From Candidatus Daviesbacteria bacterium (lineage in GTDB: Bacteria; Patescibacteriota; Microgenomatia; Daviesbacterales; UBA10151): 53,158 bases of DNA. The stretch is taken from contig JACOXG010000028.1 of NCBI GenBank assembly GCA_016176405.1, positions 1-53,158 of the forward strand, given 5' to 3'. Both the position numbers and the translations under genes were made by a program. The notes under the pieces were generated by a model. The model saw only the letters and a program-made list of their open reading frames with translations, ran no database searches and was not told the DNA's origin. This document shows, piece after piece, positions 38,165-46,924 of the stretch (position 1 is its first letter; each line of letters starts with the position of its first letter).

Positions 38165-38809
38165 ATGGCAAAGGTTCCAAAGAGTGTACAAGATTTGATA
38201 GAGGCATTTGAGAGACTGCCTGGCATCGGGCCAAAAACGGCAGAAAGATTAACTTATTATTTACTGCATGCTCCAAGAGAAGAAGCCGAGGCCTTGGCAA
38301 ATTCGGCGCTGAATATGAAGGATAAAACCAGAATTTGCTCTATTTGCTTTAATATTACAGAAGTTGACCCTTGTGATATTTGCTCCGATTCAAATCGTGA
38401 TCAATCCACTATCATGATTGTGGAAAATCCTTTAGATGTTTTGGCATTAGAAAAGGCAAATTATAAAGGGCTTTACCATGTCTTACATGGAGTGATCGCC
38501 CCTTTGGAAAATATTGGACCAGATGATATTCATATTAGGCAACTTTTGCCAAGATTAAAGCGGACCTCCTCCGCCCCCGCTTCGCCAAAGCTTCGCGGGG
38601 CGAGCAAGGCTTCGGAGGTCAAGGAAATAATTTTGGCCACTAACCCCACCATGGAAGGTGAGGCCACTGCCATGTATATTCAAAGATTAATTTCTCCTTT
38701 GGGAATAAAAGTGACTAGAATTGCCAGAGGTTTACCAGTGGGGTCTGATTTGGAATATGCTGATGAAACTACTTTGTCTAGAGCTTTGGAGGGGCGTAAG
38801 GAATACTAA
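38165..38809 (+). CDS. recR: Recombination protein RecR
   Basis: LPGIGPKTAER, C4 Zn finger, ATNPTMEGEATA and LEYADETTL motifs. Confidence 0.97.
   Translation: MAKVPKSVQDLIEAFERLPGIGPKTAERLTYYLLHAPREEAEALANSALNMKDKTRICSICFNITEVDPCDICSDSNRDQSTIMIVENPLDVLALEKANYKGLYHVLHGVIAPLENIGPDDIHIRQLLPRLKRTSSAPASPKLRGASKASEVKEIILATNPTMEGEATAMYIQRLISPLGIKVTRIARGLPVGSDLEYADETTLSRALEGRKEY
38563..38620. repeat. Nested palindromic insertion in recR
   Basis: GACCTCC...GGAGGTC encloses CCCCGC-ttcgccaaagcttc-GCGGGG. Confidence 0.8.
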
Positions 38810-38829
38810 TAGTGTGCTAGAATGTATCC

Positions 38830-39231
38830 ATGGCTGATTCGGCAAGCGGAATAAAACAGATTGGTGAAGAGGTAGTGGAAACTACCGAGGAGGTTGTCAA
38901 AGATACTAAAGATCAAGTGGGCCAAGCCATTGAACAGGGAGTACAATCAGTTGTGGGGATCCAACTGACTCCACAACAAATACAACAAAGACAGCTGGAT
39001 GAGCAAAAAAAATTAGCCAAAGTCAGAAGAGATATTCAATGGTATAAAGATATTCAGGTAGCTCAAAAAGCTATCCGGGAAAAAGAAAAACAAAAAAAAT
39101 TACAAAAAGATCAACAAATTCAGGATGAGAAAAAATTCAAACAGATGGAAATTATTCAAAAGAAAAAGGAGCTGCCAATTGCCATTAAAGCCCTAGGTAA
39201 GGCAGAGATAAAACGCGGCATAGGGGGATAG
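38830..39231 (+). CDS. Gln/Lys-rich coiled-coil hypothetical protein
   Basis: 133-aa ORF with its own TGCTAGAAT -10 box. Confidence 0.75.
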   Translation: MADSASGIKQIGEEVVETTEEVVKDTKDQVGQAIEQGVQSVVGIQLTPQQIQQRQLDEQKKLAKVRRDIQWYKDIQVAQKAIREKEKQKKLQKDQQIQDEKKFKQMEIIQKKKELPIAIKALGKAEIKRGIGG

Positions 39232-39236
39232 CAATA

Positions 39237-40577
39237 TTGAGACTTTATAATTTCCTCACCCGTCAAATTGAAGAATTTAACCCCCTAAATCCTCCTGAAG
39301 TGGGGATGTATACTTGTGGACCTACCACCTATGATTTTGCTCACATTGGCAATTTAAGAACTTTTATTTTTGAAGACATTTTACAAAGAGTTTTAGAAGT
39401 TAATGGCTATCAAGTTAAAAGGGTGATGAATATTACTGATATTGATGACAAGATAATAAAGGGAGCAAGGGAAAAGGGGGAAGGGATAAGTGAGTTTTCA
39501 GCGCCTTTTGAAAAAGCTTTTTTTGAGGATTTAGAAAAACTCAATATTAAATCAGCCAACTTTTATCCCAAAGCAACAGAGCATATTGGGCAGATGATTA
39601 AATATATTGAGGAGTTGATAAAAAGGGGGTTAGCTTATCAAGAAAAAGATGGTTCAGTATATTTTGATATTTCAAAATTTGAAACTTATGGAAAATTATC
39701 TCAACTTAATAAACAGCAGTTGAAACATGGAACCAGAATTTTATCTGATGAATATTCAAAAGATGATGTGCAAGACTTTGCTCTTTGGAAAGCAGTTGAG
39801 GAAGATGAAGTAGGGTATGATTCGCCATGGGGCAAAGGCAGACCTGGTTGGCATATTGAGTGTTCGGTGATGAGTCAGCAATATTTGGGAGATACTTTTG
39901 ATATCCATGCAGGTGGAGTGGATTTACTTTTTCCCCATCATGAAAATGAGATTGCTCAGTCCGAGGGGAAAACAGGTAAAAAATTTGTAAATTCTTTTGT
40001 GGAGGGGGAGCATCTGTTGGTTGATGGACAAAAAATGGCCAAATCAGCTGGCAATTTTTATAAACTGAAAGATTTGGAGGATAGAGGATTTGACCCGCTG
40101 TCTTTTCGTTATCTTGTTTTAACTTCTCACTATCGTGATAAGCTCAATTTCACCTGGAAGTCTTTAGAGGCTGCTCAGAATGCCTTAAATAATTTAAGAG
40201 ATGAGATTAGAGCGTGGGAACAACCTAAAGGTGATGTCGGACAATTTTGGCAGGAATTCTTGGAAGCTGCTAATAATGACTTAAATATACCACAAGCTGT
40301 TGGGGTGTTTTGGCAGATGGTCAACTCAGACAATACAATATCTAGTAAGGCCACAACAATTTTAGAGATGGATAAAATTTTAGGACTGGGACTGGAAGAA
40401 TATTTAGGTAAACCATTAGCAATTCCTACTAATGTTATGAAATTAATAAGTCAAAGAGAAGAGATGAGAAAATCCGGAGATTTTGCAAAATCAGATCAAT
40501 TAAGAGAGAAAATAAAAAAATTAGGCTTTGAAATAGAAGATACAAACTCTGGCCCAAAGATTAAAAAACAACATTGA
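39237..40577 (+). CDS. cysS: Cysteine--tRNA ligase
   Basis: CGPT, HIGN, PGWHIECS and KMAKS motifs. Confidence 0.97.
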   Translation: MRLYNFLTRQIEEFNPLNPPEVGMYTCGPTTYDFAHIGNLRTFIFEDILQRVLEVNGYQVKRVMNITDIDDKIIKGAREKGEGISEFSAPFEKAFFEDLEKLNIKSANFYPKATEHIGQMIKYIEELIKRGLAYQEKDGSVYFDISKFETYGKLSQLNKQQLKHGTRILSDEYSKDDVQDFALWKAVEEDEVGYDSPWGKGRPGWHIECSVMSQQYLGDTFDIHAGGVDLLFPHHENEIAQSEGKTGKKFVNSFVEGEHLLVDGQKMAKSAGNFYKLKDLEDRGFDPLSFRYLVLTSHYRDKLNFTWKSLEAAQNALNNLRDEIRAWEQPKGDVGQFWQEFLEAANNDLNIPQAVGVFWQMVNSDNTISSKATTILEMDKILGLGLEEYLGKPLAIPTNVMKLISQREEMRKSGDFAKSDQLREKIKKLGFEIEDTNSGPKIKKQH

Positions 40578-40601
40578 AGTTTGTGGTAAACTATTAGGTT
40601 A

Positions 40602-41267
40602 ATGAGAGAGGATATTATAACTATAGATGGTCCAACCTCATCCGGCAAAAACTCTGTCGGATTTTTGTTATCTCAAAAATTAGGTTATCAATATATTGAT
40701 TCCGGCTCGATCTATAGAGCCGGTTGTATTTTCATTTTCAGAAATAAAATTGATTTAAATGACGTTCCCTCTATTGTAAATATTTATCAAAATTTAACAA
40801 TTGAAATAAAGACGACAGATCATCAGCAAAAATTTTTTGCCAATAATGAAGATGTGACCGATGTTTTACACAGTCCGGAAGTCACTCAACTGGTCTCGCC
40901 TGTTTCTGCCATAAAAGAAGTTAGATCAGCAGTAAAAGTGATCCAAAAAAAATTAGCTTCTCAAAAAACAGTCATGACCGGAAGGGATATTGGCTCGGAA
41001 ATTTTTCCTGATGCCCGCTTTAAATTTTTTTTAACTGCCTCAGTTGAAGTGAGAGCTCAAAGACGATTCAAGCAACTTGTTACCAAACATCCCTCCGTTA
41101 AATATGAAGATGTTTTAAATGCCATGATGGAAAGAGATAAAAGAGATTCTGAAAGAGAGGCATCGCCAATGAGAGTCCCCGAAGATGCTTTGGTAATTGA
41201 TAATTCTAACCTTACGGTTGAAGAGACTGTGTCAAAAATGTTAGATTACATCCATCAAGCGCATTAA
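40602..41267 (+). CDS. cmk: Cytidylate kinase
   Basis: ITIDGPTSSGK, DSGSIYR, GRDIG and RDKRDSER motifs. Confidence 0.95.
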   Translation: MREDIITIDGPTSSGKNSVGFLLSQKLGYQYIDSGSIYRAGCIFIFRNKIDLNDVPSIVNIYQNLTIEIKTTDHQQKFFANNEDVTDVLHSPEVTQLVSPVSAIKEVRSAVKVIQKKLASQKTVMTGRDIGSEIFPDARFKFFLTASVEVRAQRRFKQLVTKHPSVKYEDVLNAMMERDKRDSEREASPMRVPEDALVIDNSNLTVEETVSKMLDYIHQAH

Positions 41268-41275
41268 CTACTCCT

Positions 41276-42541
41276 ATGCATCAAATTAACACCCTAAAAA
41301 ATGGCTTAACTTTAATTACTGTTAATTTGCCTCATCTTGATTCTGTGACCACACTGGTGGCAGTTGGAGCCGGATCAAGATATGAGACCAAAAAAATTAA
41401 TGGCATTTCTCACTTTTTAGAACACATGTTTTTTAAGGGGAGTAGGAAATATCCAACTGCTGAACAAATTGCCACTTTGGTGGATGGAATTGGAGCAGTT
41501 AATAATGCTGCTACGGATAAAGAAGTAACCTATTATTGGATTAAATCCTCCAGCAAACATATCGAACTTTCTTCAGATATTTTATCCTCCATGATTAAAG
41601 AATCTCTATTGGCAGAAGAGGAAATTGGGCGAGAGAAAGGGGTGATTGTGGAAGAATTAAGGATGTATCGAGATAATCCTGCCAGATATGTCTGGGAGTT
41701 GTATGAAAGATTGCAATTCGGTAATCAACCTTTAGGTTGGGATATTGGTGGAGATGAGCAGACAGTTACTACTTTGGTACGGGATGACTTTATAACTTAC
41801 ATGGATTCATTATATTCTCCGAAGAATATGGCTCTAGTTTTTGTGGGAAATTTACCAAAAGATATTGAAAAAGTGGCCCAAGATAATTTTTTGGATTTAC
41901 CGAAAAGATCACAGTATTCTTTCAAGCCTTTTAGAAAATTAAAGCAGGTTAAACCTAAGGTAAATGTTTTTTATAAACAAACTGATCAGGCAAATTTAGT
42001 ATTAGGGGTGGAGGGTTTTGATCGTTATGATAAAAAGCGACGGTATAGTGCTAGAGTTTTGTCAGTTATCTTGGGAGAAGGTATGTCATCAAGGCTTTTT
42101 ATACAAGTGAGAGAACGCAGAGGTTTCGCTTATCATGTTGGTGCGAGTCACGGAAGTTATAAAGATACCGGAGCATTTACAGTTTATGCAGGATTAAAAT
42201 TGGAAAAGGTTTATGAAGGACTAGAGGTAATCAGAGCAGAGCTTGAAAGAATTATTGCAGAAAAAATTACAGAAGACGAATTGAAAAAAGCCAAAGAGAT
42301 AATCAGAGGCAGAATTGCCCTCCAATCAGAATCCACCAATTTTTTGGCAGAATATTTTGGTACCAATTTTGTACTGGATAGAGAGATCGAGACATTTGAT
42401 GATTATTTAAAAAAAATTGATGCTGTGACGATAGCAGAGGTGCAAAATGTGGCCAAAGAACTTTTTCAAAAACAAAAATATAATTTACAAGTGATTGGAC
42501 CCTTTAAAGATAAACTGAAGTTCGAAAAAATTTTAGAATAA
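41276..42541 (+). CDS. M16 family zinc peptidase
   Basis: HFLEH motif; GMSSRLFIQVRERRG. Confidence 0.95.
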   Translation: MHQINTLKNGLTLITVNLPHLDSVTTLVAVGAGSRYETKKINGISHFLEHMFFKGSRKYPTAEQIATLVDGIGAVNNAATDKEVTYYWIKSSSKHIELSSDILSSMIKESLLAEEEIGREKGVIVEELRMYRDNPARYVWELYERLQFGNQPLGWDIGGDEQTVTTLVRDDFITYMDSLYSPKNMALVFVGNLPKDIEKVAQDNFLDLPKRSQYSFKPFRKLKQVKPKVNVFYKQTDQANLVLGVEGFDRYDKKRRYSARVLSVILGEGMSSRLFIQVRERRGFAYHVGASHGSYKDTGAFTVYAGLKLEKVYEGLEVIRAELERIIAEKITEDELKKAKEIIRGRIALQSESTNFLAEYFGTNFVLDREIETFDDYLKKIDAVTIAEVQNVAKELFQKQKYNLQVIGPFKDKLKFEKILE

Positions 42542-43057
42542 TTTGGCTCTTAAAAGAGCGGCAATTTTCTTTGCTGTAACTGCTGAAACAAACCCCACTA
42601 AAATTCCTCCTAAAATATCAGAAGGATAATGAACTCCCACATAAATTCTGGATATACCCACCCAAATAGTCAAAAAGATGAGAAGAGTCGCCCATTTTGA
42701 TTTTAAAAATATGTAAGGAAATGTCAAGGCAGACATGATGGAGGCATGTCTGGACGGGAAAGATGCATCTGCTTGGTGAGTAATGAGAGGAGAAATATTC
42801 GAATCAATAAAAGGCCGTGGTTCTACATAAAAAAGATGGATCAATTTAATAATTATTACCACCAATGGCAAAGATAAAAGTGCCAATATTAGACTCTTTC
42901 TCTCAATCAAACCTCCTCTGAATGCTATGATAAATATCAAGATTAAAGCTAAATAAATGACATATTCTGCTCCTAAAATCATCAAGAAATCTAAAAAATT
43001 ATTTTTATTACTTAGTCCAAATATAAGATAAAAAAGACTTAGGTTATCTAGAATCAT
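42533..43057 (-). CDS. PAP2-family undecaprenyl-diphosphatase (BcrC-like)
   Basis: PRPF, SFPSRH and SRIYVGVHYPSD motifs. Confidence 0.9.
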   Translation of the reverse strand: MILDNLSLFYLIFGLSNKNNFLDFLMILGAEYVIYLALILIFIIAFRGGLIERKSLILALLSLPLVVIIIKLIHLFYVEPRPFIDSNISPLITHQADASFPSRHASIMSALTFPYIFLKSKWATLLIFLTIWVGISRIYVGVHYPSDILGGILVGFVSAVTAKKIAALLRAKLF

Positions 43058-43062
43058 TAGTT

Positions 43063-43096
43063 AGATCCTTCGCTCGTTTCACTCGCTCAGGATGAC
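43063..43096. repeat. Intergenic REP-like hairpin
   Basis: AGATCCTTCGCTCGTTTCACTCGCTCAGGATGAC. Confidence 0.8.
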
Positions 43097-43118
43097 AAGT
43101 TGAGTTAAGAGATTGTAC

Positions 43119-43478
43119 TCAACTTGTCAAATAAGGCCAAAAGATGAAAATTCCTGCAATGGCGGCAGTGATGGCAGCAATTAAAACAGCCCCCGCTGAA
43201 ATATCTTTGGCCAACTTTGCCCCTGGATGCTCCGCCTCTGTAAAAGCATCAACCACAGTCTCAACGGCAGTGTTGGTTAATTCTACTGAAAAAACTATCC
43301 CAATCAGAAGAATTACATTAATCCAGTCCTGCTTAGAGATGTTCAAAAAGAAGGAAAGAGCTATTGCTAAAATTGCAGCTATAATATGAAACTTTAGATT
43401 TGGCTCCTGTTTTAATGCTTGCACCAAACCTTCAAAAGCATACTTAAAAGAAAGTACATGAAAATTTTTGATAGGCAT
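43119..43478 (-). CDS. dgkA: Diacylglycerol/undecaprenol kinase
   Basis: SFKYAFEG, ELTNTAVETVVD and AKDISAGAV motifs. Confidence 0.93.
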   Translation of the reverse strand: MPIKNFHVLSFKYAFEGLVQALKQEPNLKFHIIAAILAIALSFFLNISKQDWINVILLIGIVFSVELTNTAVETVVDAFTEAEHPGAKLAKDISAGAVLIAAITAAIAGIFIFWPYLTS

Positions 43479-43538
43479 ATTTTTAGTATACCACGAGGTC
43501 CTTCGACTTCGCTCAGGATAATCCGCTGCGCGGATTAC

Positions 43539-43567
43539 TTGACTTAAAACTTAGATTGAGTTATATT
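43539..43567 (+). promoter_or_regulatory. Promoter of the pur operon, probably leaderless
   Basis: TTGACT-17-TATATT, 5 nt before the purF ATG. Confidence 0.65.
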
Positions 43568-43572
43568 AAGCT

Positions 43573-44905
43573 ATGAGAACACAACTTGCAGAAAAGTGTG
43601 GAATATTTGGTATTTTAGGGAAGGGTTTTGAAGCGGCCCGCTTAGTTCACCCAGGTCTTTGGGCCCTACAACACAGAGGCCAAGAATCTTCAGGAATTGC
43701 TTCATCAGATGGTAAAAAGATTTATATCCACAAAGGTATAGGATTAGTGGCTCACGTTTTTTCAGAAGAAGATTTAAAGAAATTAAAAGGGTATTTAGCA
43801 ATTGGTCATAACCGCTATTCTACATCTGGTGATGCTTGGGATAAACATGCCCAACCTATTGTGGTTAATGTTAAGGGAGGACAAATTGCCGTTGTTCATA
43901 ATGGTAATCTTCCCTCCACTCAAAAATTAGAGAAGTTTTTACTAGATAAAAAAATTTCCATAGAGGGTTTAAATGATTCAGAAATGATTGCTCAGGCCAT
44001 AGGTTTTTATGTTTCATCTGGACAATTTTTAGAGCAAGCTATTAAATCTGCTTATATATTGTTTACTGGGGTGTTTTGTTTACTGGTGATGGATGAAAAA
44101 AAGATTATCGCGGTCAGAGATGGTTTTGGTATCAGACCTTTATGTCTAGGTAAATTGAATGGTGGGACTGTAGTGGCTTCTGAAACTTGTGCTATTAAAA
44201 AGTATCCAGATAGAAAAGGGCAATCAAAAGTTGGATGCATTTGAATATGTTTATTTTGCCAGGCCAGATAGTTATCTCATGGGAAAAAGTGTTGATCAAG
44301 TTAGGCAAAATTTGGGAGAAGAACTGGCAAAAGAATATAAAATAGATGCTGATATTGTTATTCCTGTTCCTGATTCTGCTATTCCTGCAGCAATTGGTTA
44401 CTCAAGAAAATCAGGCATCCCTTTTGAAATGGGACTGATTAAAAACAGATATATTCATAGAACTTTTATTTCTCCTGAGGAACATACCAGACACAGAATT
44501 GTTCAGCTAAAACTTAATCCCATGCCACATATACTAAAGGGTAAAAAAGTGATTGTAATTGATGATTCCATTGTCAGGGGGACTACCTCAAAACAAATTA
44601 TTAAAATGATTAGAGATGCTGGGGCAAAAGAAGTTCATCTTTTAATTTCTTCTCCTCCAGTTAAGTTTCCTGATTTTTATGGAATAAATACGCCTGATCA
44701 AAAAGAGTTAATTGCCGCTGTCAAAAAGATTCCAGAAATAGCAAAAGAATTAGGGGTGGATTCTATTCACTATCTCTCTTTGAAAGGTTTAATCAGAGCA
44801 ATTGGTTTACCAGAAGATGTACTTTGTACGTCTTGCTTTACAGGAAATTATCCAGTAGATATTGGTGAGAGAGCAAAAGAAGTAGACTTTTCTCTCAGAT
44901 CATGA
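43573..44905 (+). pseudogene. purF: Amidophosphoribosyltransferase, split by deletion/frameshift near 44195 (possibly assembly artefact)
   Basis: CGIFG, QHRGQE and GHNRYST in ORF1; FEYVYFARPDS and DDSIVRGTT in ORF2. Confidence 0.9.
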
Positions 44906-45531
44906 AAAGGATTGTAGTTTTAATTTCTAATAAAGGATCTGGGACAAATCTTCAAGCAATCATCGATGGGGTAAATTCCAAAAAAATTAATGCAAAAATT
45001 ATATCTGTAATATCTGATACAGAAGAGGCACTTGGGTTAACAAAAGCAAGAAAAAATAAGCTATCAATTAAAATAGTTCCCAAAAAAGAAAAACTTTTAA
45101 GTGTTTTAAAAAAATTGAATCCAGATTATATTTGTTTAGCTGGATGGAAACAAATAATTGTTCCGGAGGTAATAGATGCATTCCCCAATAGAATTCTCAA
45201 TACACATCCCGGTTTAATTCCTGACACAATTGATGGGGCTGTTAAAAATCCAGATGGTACAAAGGCAATATGGAATAAGGGAAAAATGACTGACAAAGCC
45301 ATGCAAAATTTCTTGGATAATAAGGCCACCTACGCTGGCTGTACCAACCACTTTTTATCCCATGAGTTTGATTTTGGACCAGTATTGGGTAGATGTTTTG
45401 AGAAGGTTAAAAAGGGAGATTCAATTGATTCACTTTATACAAGATTGAAAGTTAAAGAAAACAGACTATATGTAGAAGTATTAGCTCAGTTAACTAACAA
45501 TGAATCATTTAAAATGATTCAAATCATTTAA
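44902..45531 (+). CDS. purN: Phosphoribosylglycinamide formyltransferase
   Basis: GSGTNLQAI, LAGW, NTHPGL and DFGP motifs. Confidence 0.9.
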   Translation: MKRIVVLISNKGSGTNLQAIIDGVNSKKINAKIISVISDTEEALGLTKARKNKLSIKIVPKKEKLLSVLKKLNPDYICLAGWKQIIVPEVIDAFPNRILNTHPGLIPDTIDGAVKNPDGTKAIWNKGKMTDKAMQNFLDNKATYAGCTNHFLSHEFDFGPVLGRCFEKVKKGDSIDSLYTRLKVKENRLYVEVLAQLTNNESFKMIQII

Positions 45532-45540
45532 ACAATATAT

Positions 45541-46839
45541 ATGAATATTTTAGTTATTGGACAAAATGGAAGAGAGCATGCATTAGCAGTTGCCTATGCT
45601 AAATCTAAAAAGGTCAGCAAGGTTATTATGACACCAGGTAATGGTCTGACTGATTTTCAAAATATTAAAATTAAAAACTATCCTAAAGCGGGCATGACGG
45701 ACTTTAAAGGAATTGTCAAAGTTTGTAAAAAAGAAAAAATAGATTTGGTAGATGTGGCTCAAGATGATGTGATTGCAGCAGGTTACGTGGATAGATTAGA
45801 GGAGTTGGGCATAGCAGCCTTTGGCCCAACTAAGTTGGCTTCACAGTTGGAGTGGGATAAAGAGTGGGCCAGAAACTTTATGCTCAAATATAATTTACCT
45901 ATTCCCCGTTTCCAAGTCTTTAATAATCAGAAAAAAGCCATCTCTTATATCAACTCCCTCCCAGAACAAGTTCTTTTTGTTAAAGCTTCAGGTTTGGCAT
46001 TGGGTAAAGGGGTAATTCGGGCAGAGAATAAAAAAGAGGCAATTGAGGCAGTCAAGGCCATGAAAAATTTTGGTGGTAGCGGAGAAACTTTTTTAATTGA
46101 GGAAGCTTTAGTGGGAGAAGAATTTTCACTGTTTGCCATCTGCGATGGAGAAAATTTCCAAGTAACAAAAGCGGCTCAAGATCACAAAAGAATCTACGAT
46201 GGAGATAAGGGTCCAAACACTGGCGGGGTGGGAAGTATTGCACCGACAGGAGCTGTTAGTTCAGCAATAATTAGAGAAATAGAATCCAAGATTATCAAAC
46301 CAACACTTTTGGGAATGAAAAATGAGGGAAGAGTCTACAAAGGAATCTTATATCTGGGAGGAATAATAACTTCCAATGGAGTAAAAGTTATTGAATTTAA
46401 CTGTAGGTGGGGAGATCCTGAAGCAGAGGTGATAGTACCAAGCATACAAACTGATTATTTAAGCTTGGTAGATTCAGTCAGGGTTGGAAGACTATCAAAA
46501 TCAAAAATCCAATTTGATGAAAAGATCAGACTTTCTGTGGCTGGTTGTTCTAAAGGATATCCGCAGAATTACTCATCTGTAATAGATAAAGAAATTTTTG
46601 GATTAACTGACGCTATGAAATTACCAGATATTACAATTTTCGGTGCAGGAATTAAAAGATCAGGAAAGAGATTTTTTGCAAATGGAGGGAGAGTATTTCA
46701 TGTTGTAGGGGAAGGCAAAAATGTCATTGAAACAATGGAGAATGCCTATAAGGCTATTTCGATGATCACCATTGAAGGGAATAATTTATACTATAGAACT
46801 GATATTGGTTGGAGAGATTTAGGAAGGTTAAAAAAATGA
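45541..46839 (+). CDS. purD: Phosphoribosylamine--glycine ligase
   Basis: GREHAL, QDHKR, GPNTGG and EFNCRWGDPE motifs. Confidence 0.97.
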   Translation: MNILVIGQNGREHALAVAYAKSKKVSKVIMTPGNGLTDFQNIKIKNYPKAGMTDFKGIVKVCKKEKIDLVDVAQDDVIAAGYVDRLEELGIAAFGPTKLASQLEWDKEWARNFMLKYNLPIPRFQVFNNQKKAISYINSLPEQVLFVKASGLALGKGVIRAENKKEAIEAVKAMKNFGGSGETFLIEEALVGEEFSLFAICDGENFQVTKAAQDHKRIYDGDKGPNTGGVGSIAPTGAVSSAIIREIESKIIKPTLLGMKNEGRVYKGILYLGGIITSNGVKVIEFNCRWGDPEAEVIVPSIQTDYLSLVDSVRVGRLSKSKIQFDEKIRLSVAGCSKGYPQNYSSVIDKEIFGLTDAMKLPDITIFGAGIKRSGKRFFANGGRVFHVVGEGKNVIETMENAYKAISMITIEGNNLYYRTDIGWRDLGRLKK

Positions 46840-46857
46840 TTCAAGTGATAAGGACCA

Positions 46858-46899
46858 TGATGTTCTCGCAGTTTGAAATATTATACTGCTCGAACATCA
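46858..46899. repeat. Intergenic imperfect palindrome between purD and purL
   Basis: TGATGTTC-tc-GCAGT-N12-ACTGC-tc-GAACATCA. Confidence 0.7.
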
Positions 46900-46924
46900 G
46901 AACCTGTTAATTTGTAAAAAGTCT

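Noticed and set aside
43490-43572. Purine or ZTP riboswitch upstream of purF
   Set aside because: The hairpins belong to the repeat families and lie upstream of a promoter that leaves no leader
44189-44244. Programmed frameshift in purF (and purQ, folD, tmk)
   Set aside because: Conserved residues are missing at each junction, which indicates deletion rather than slippage
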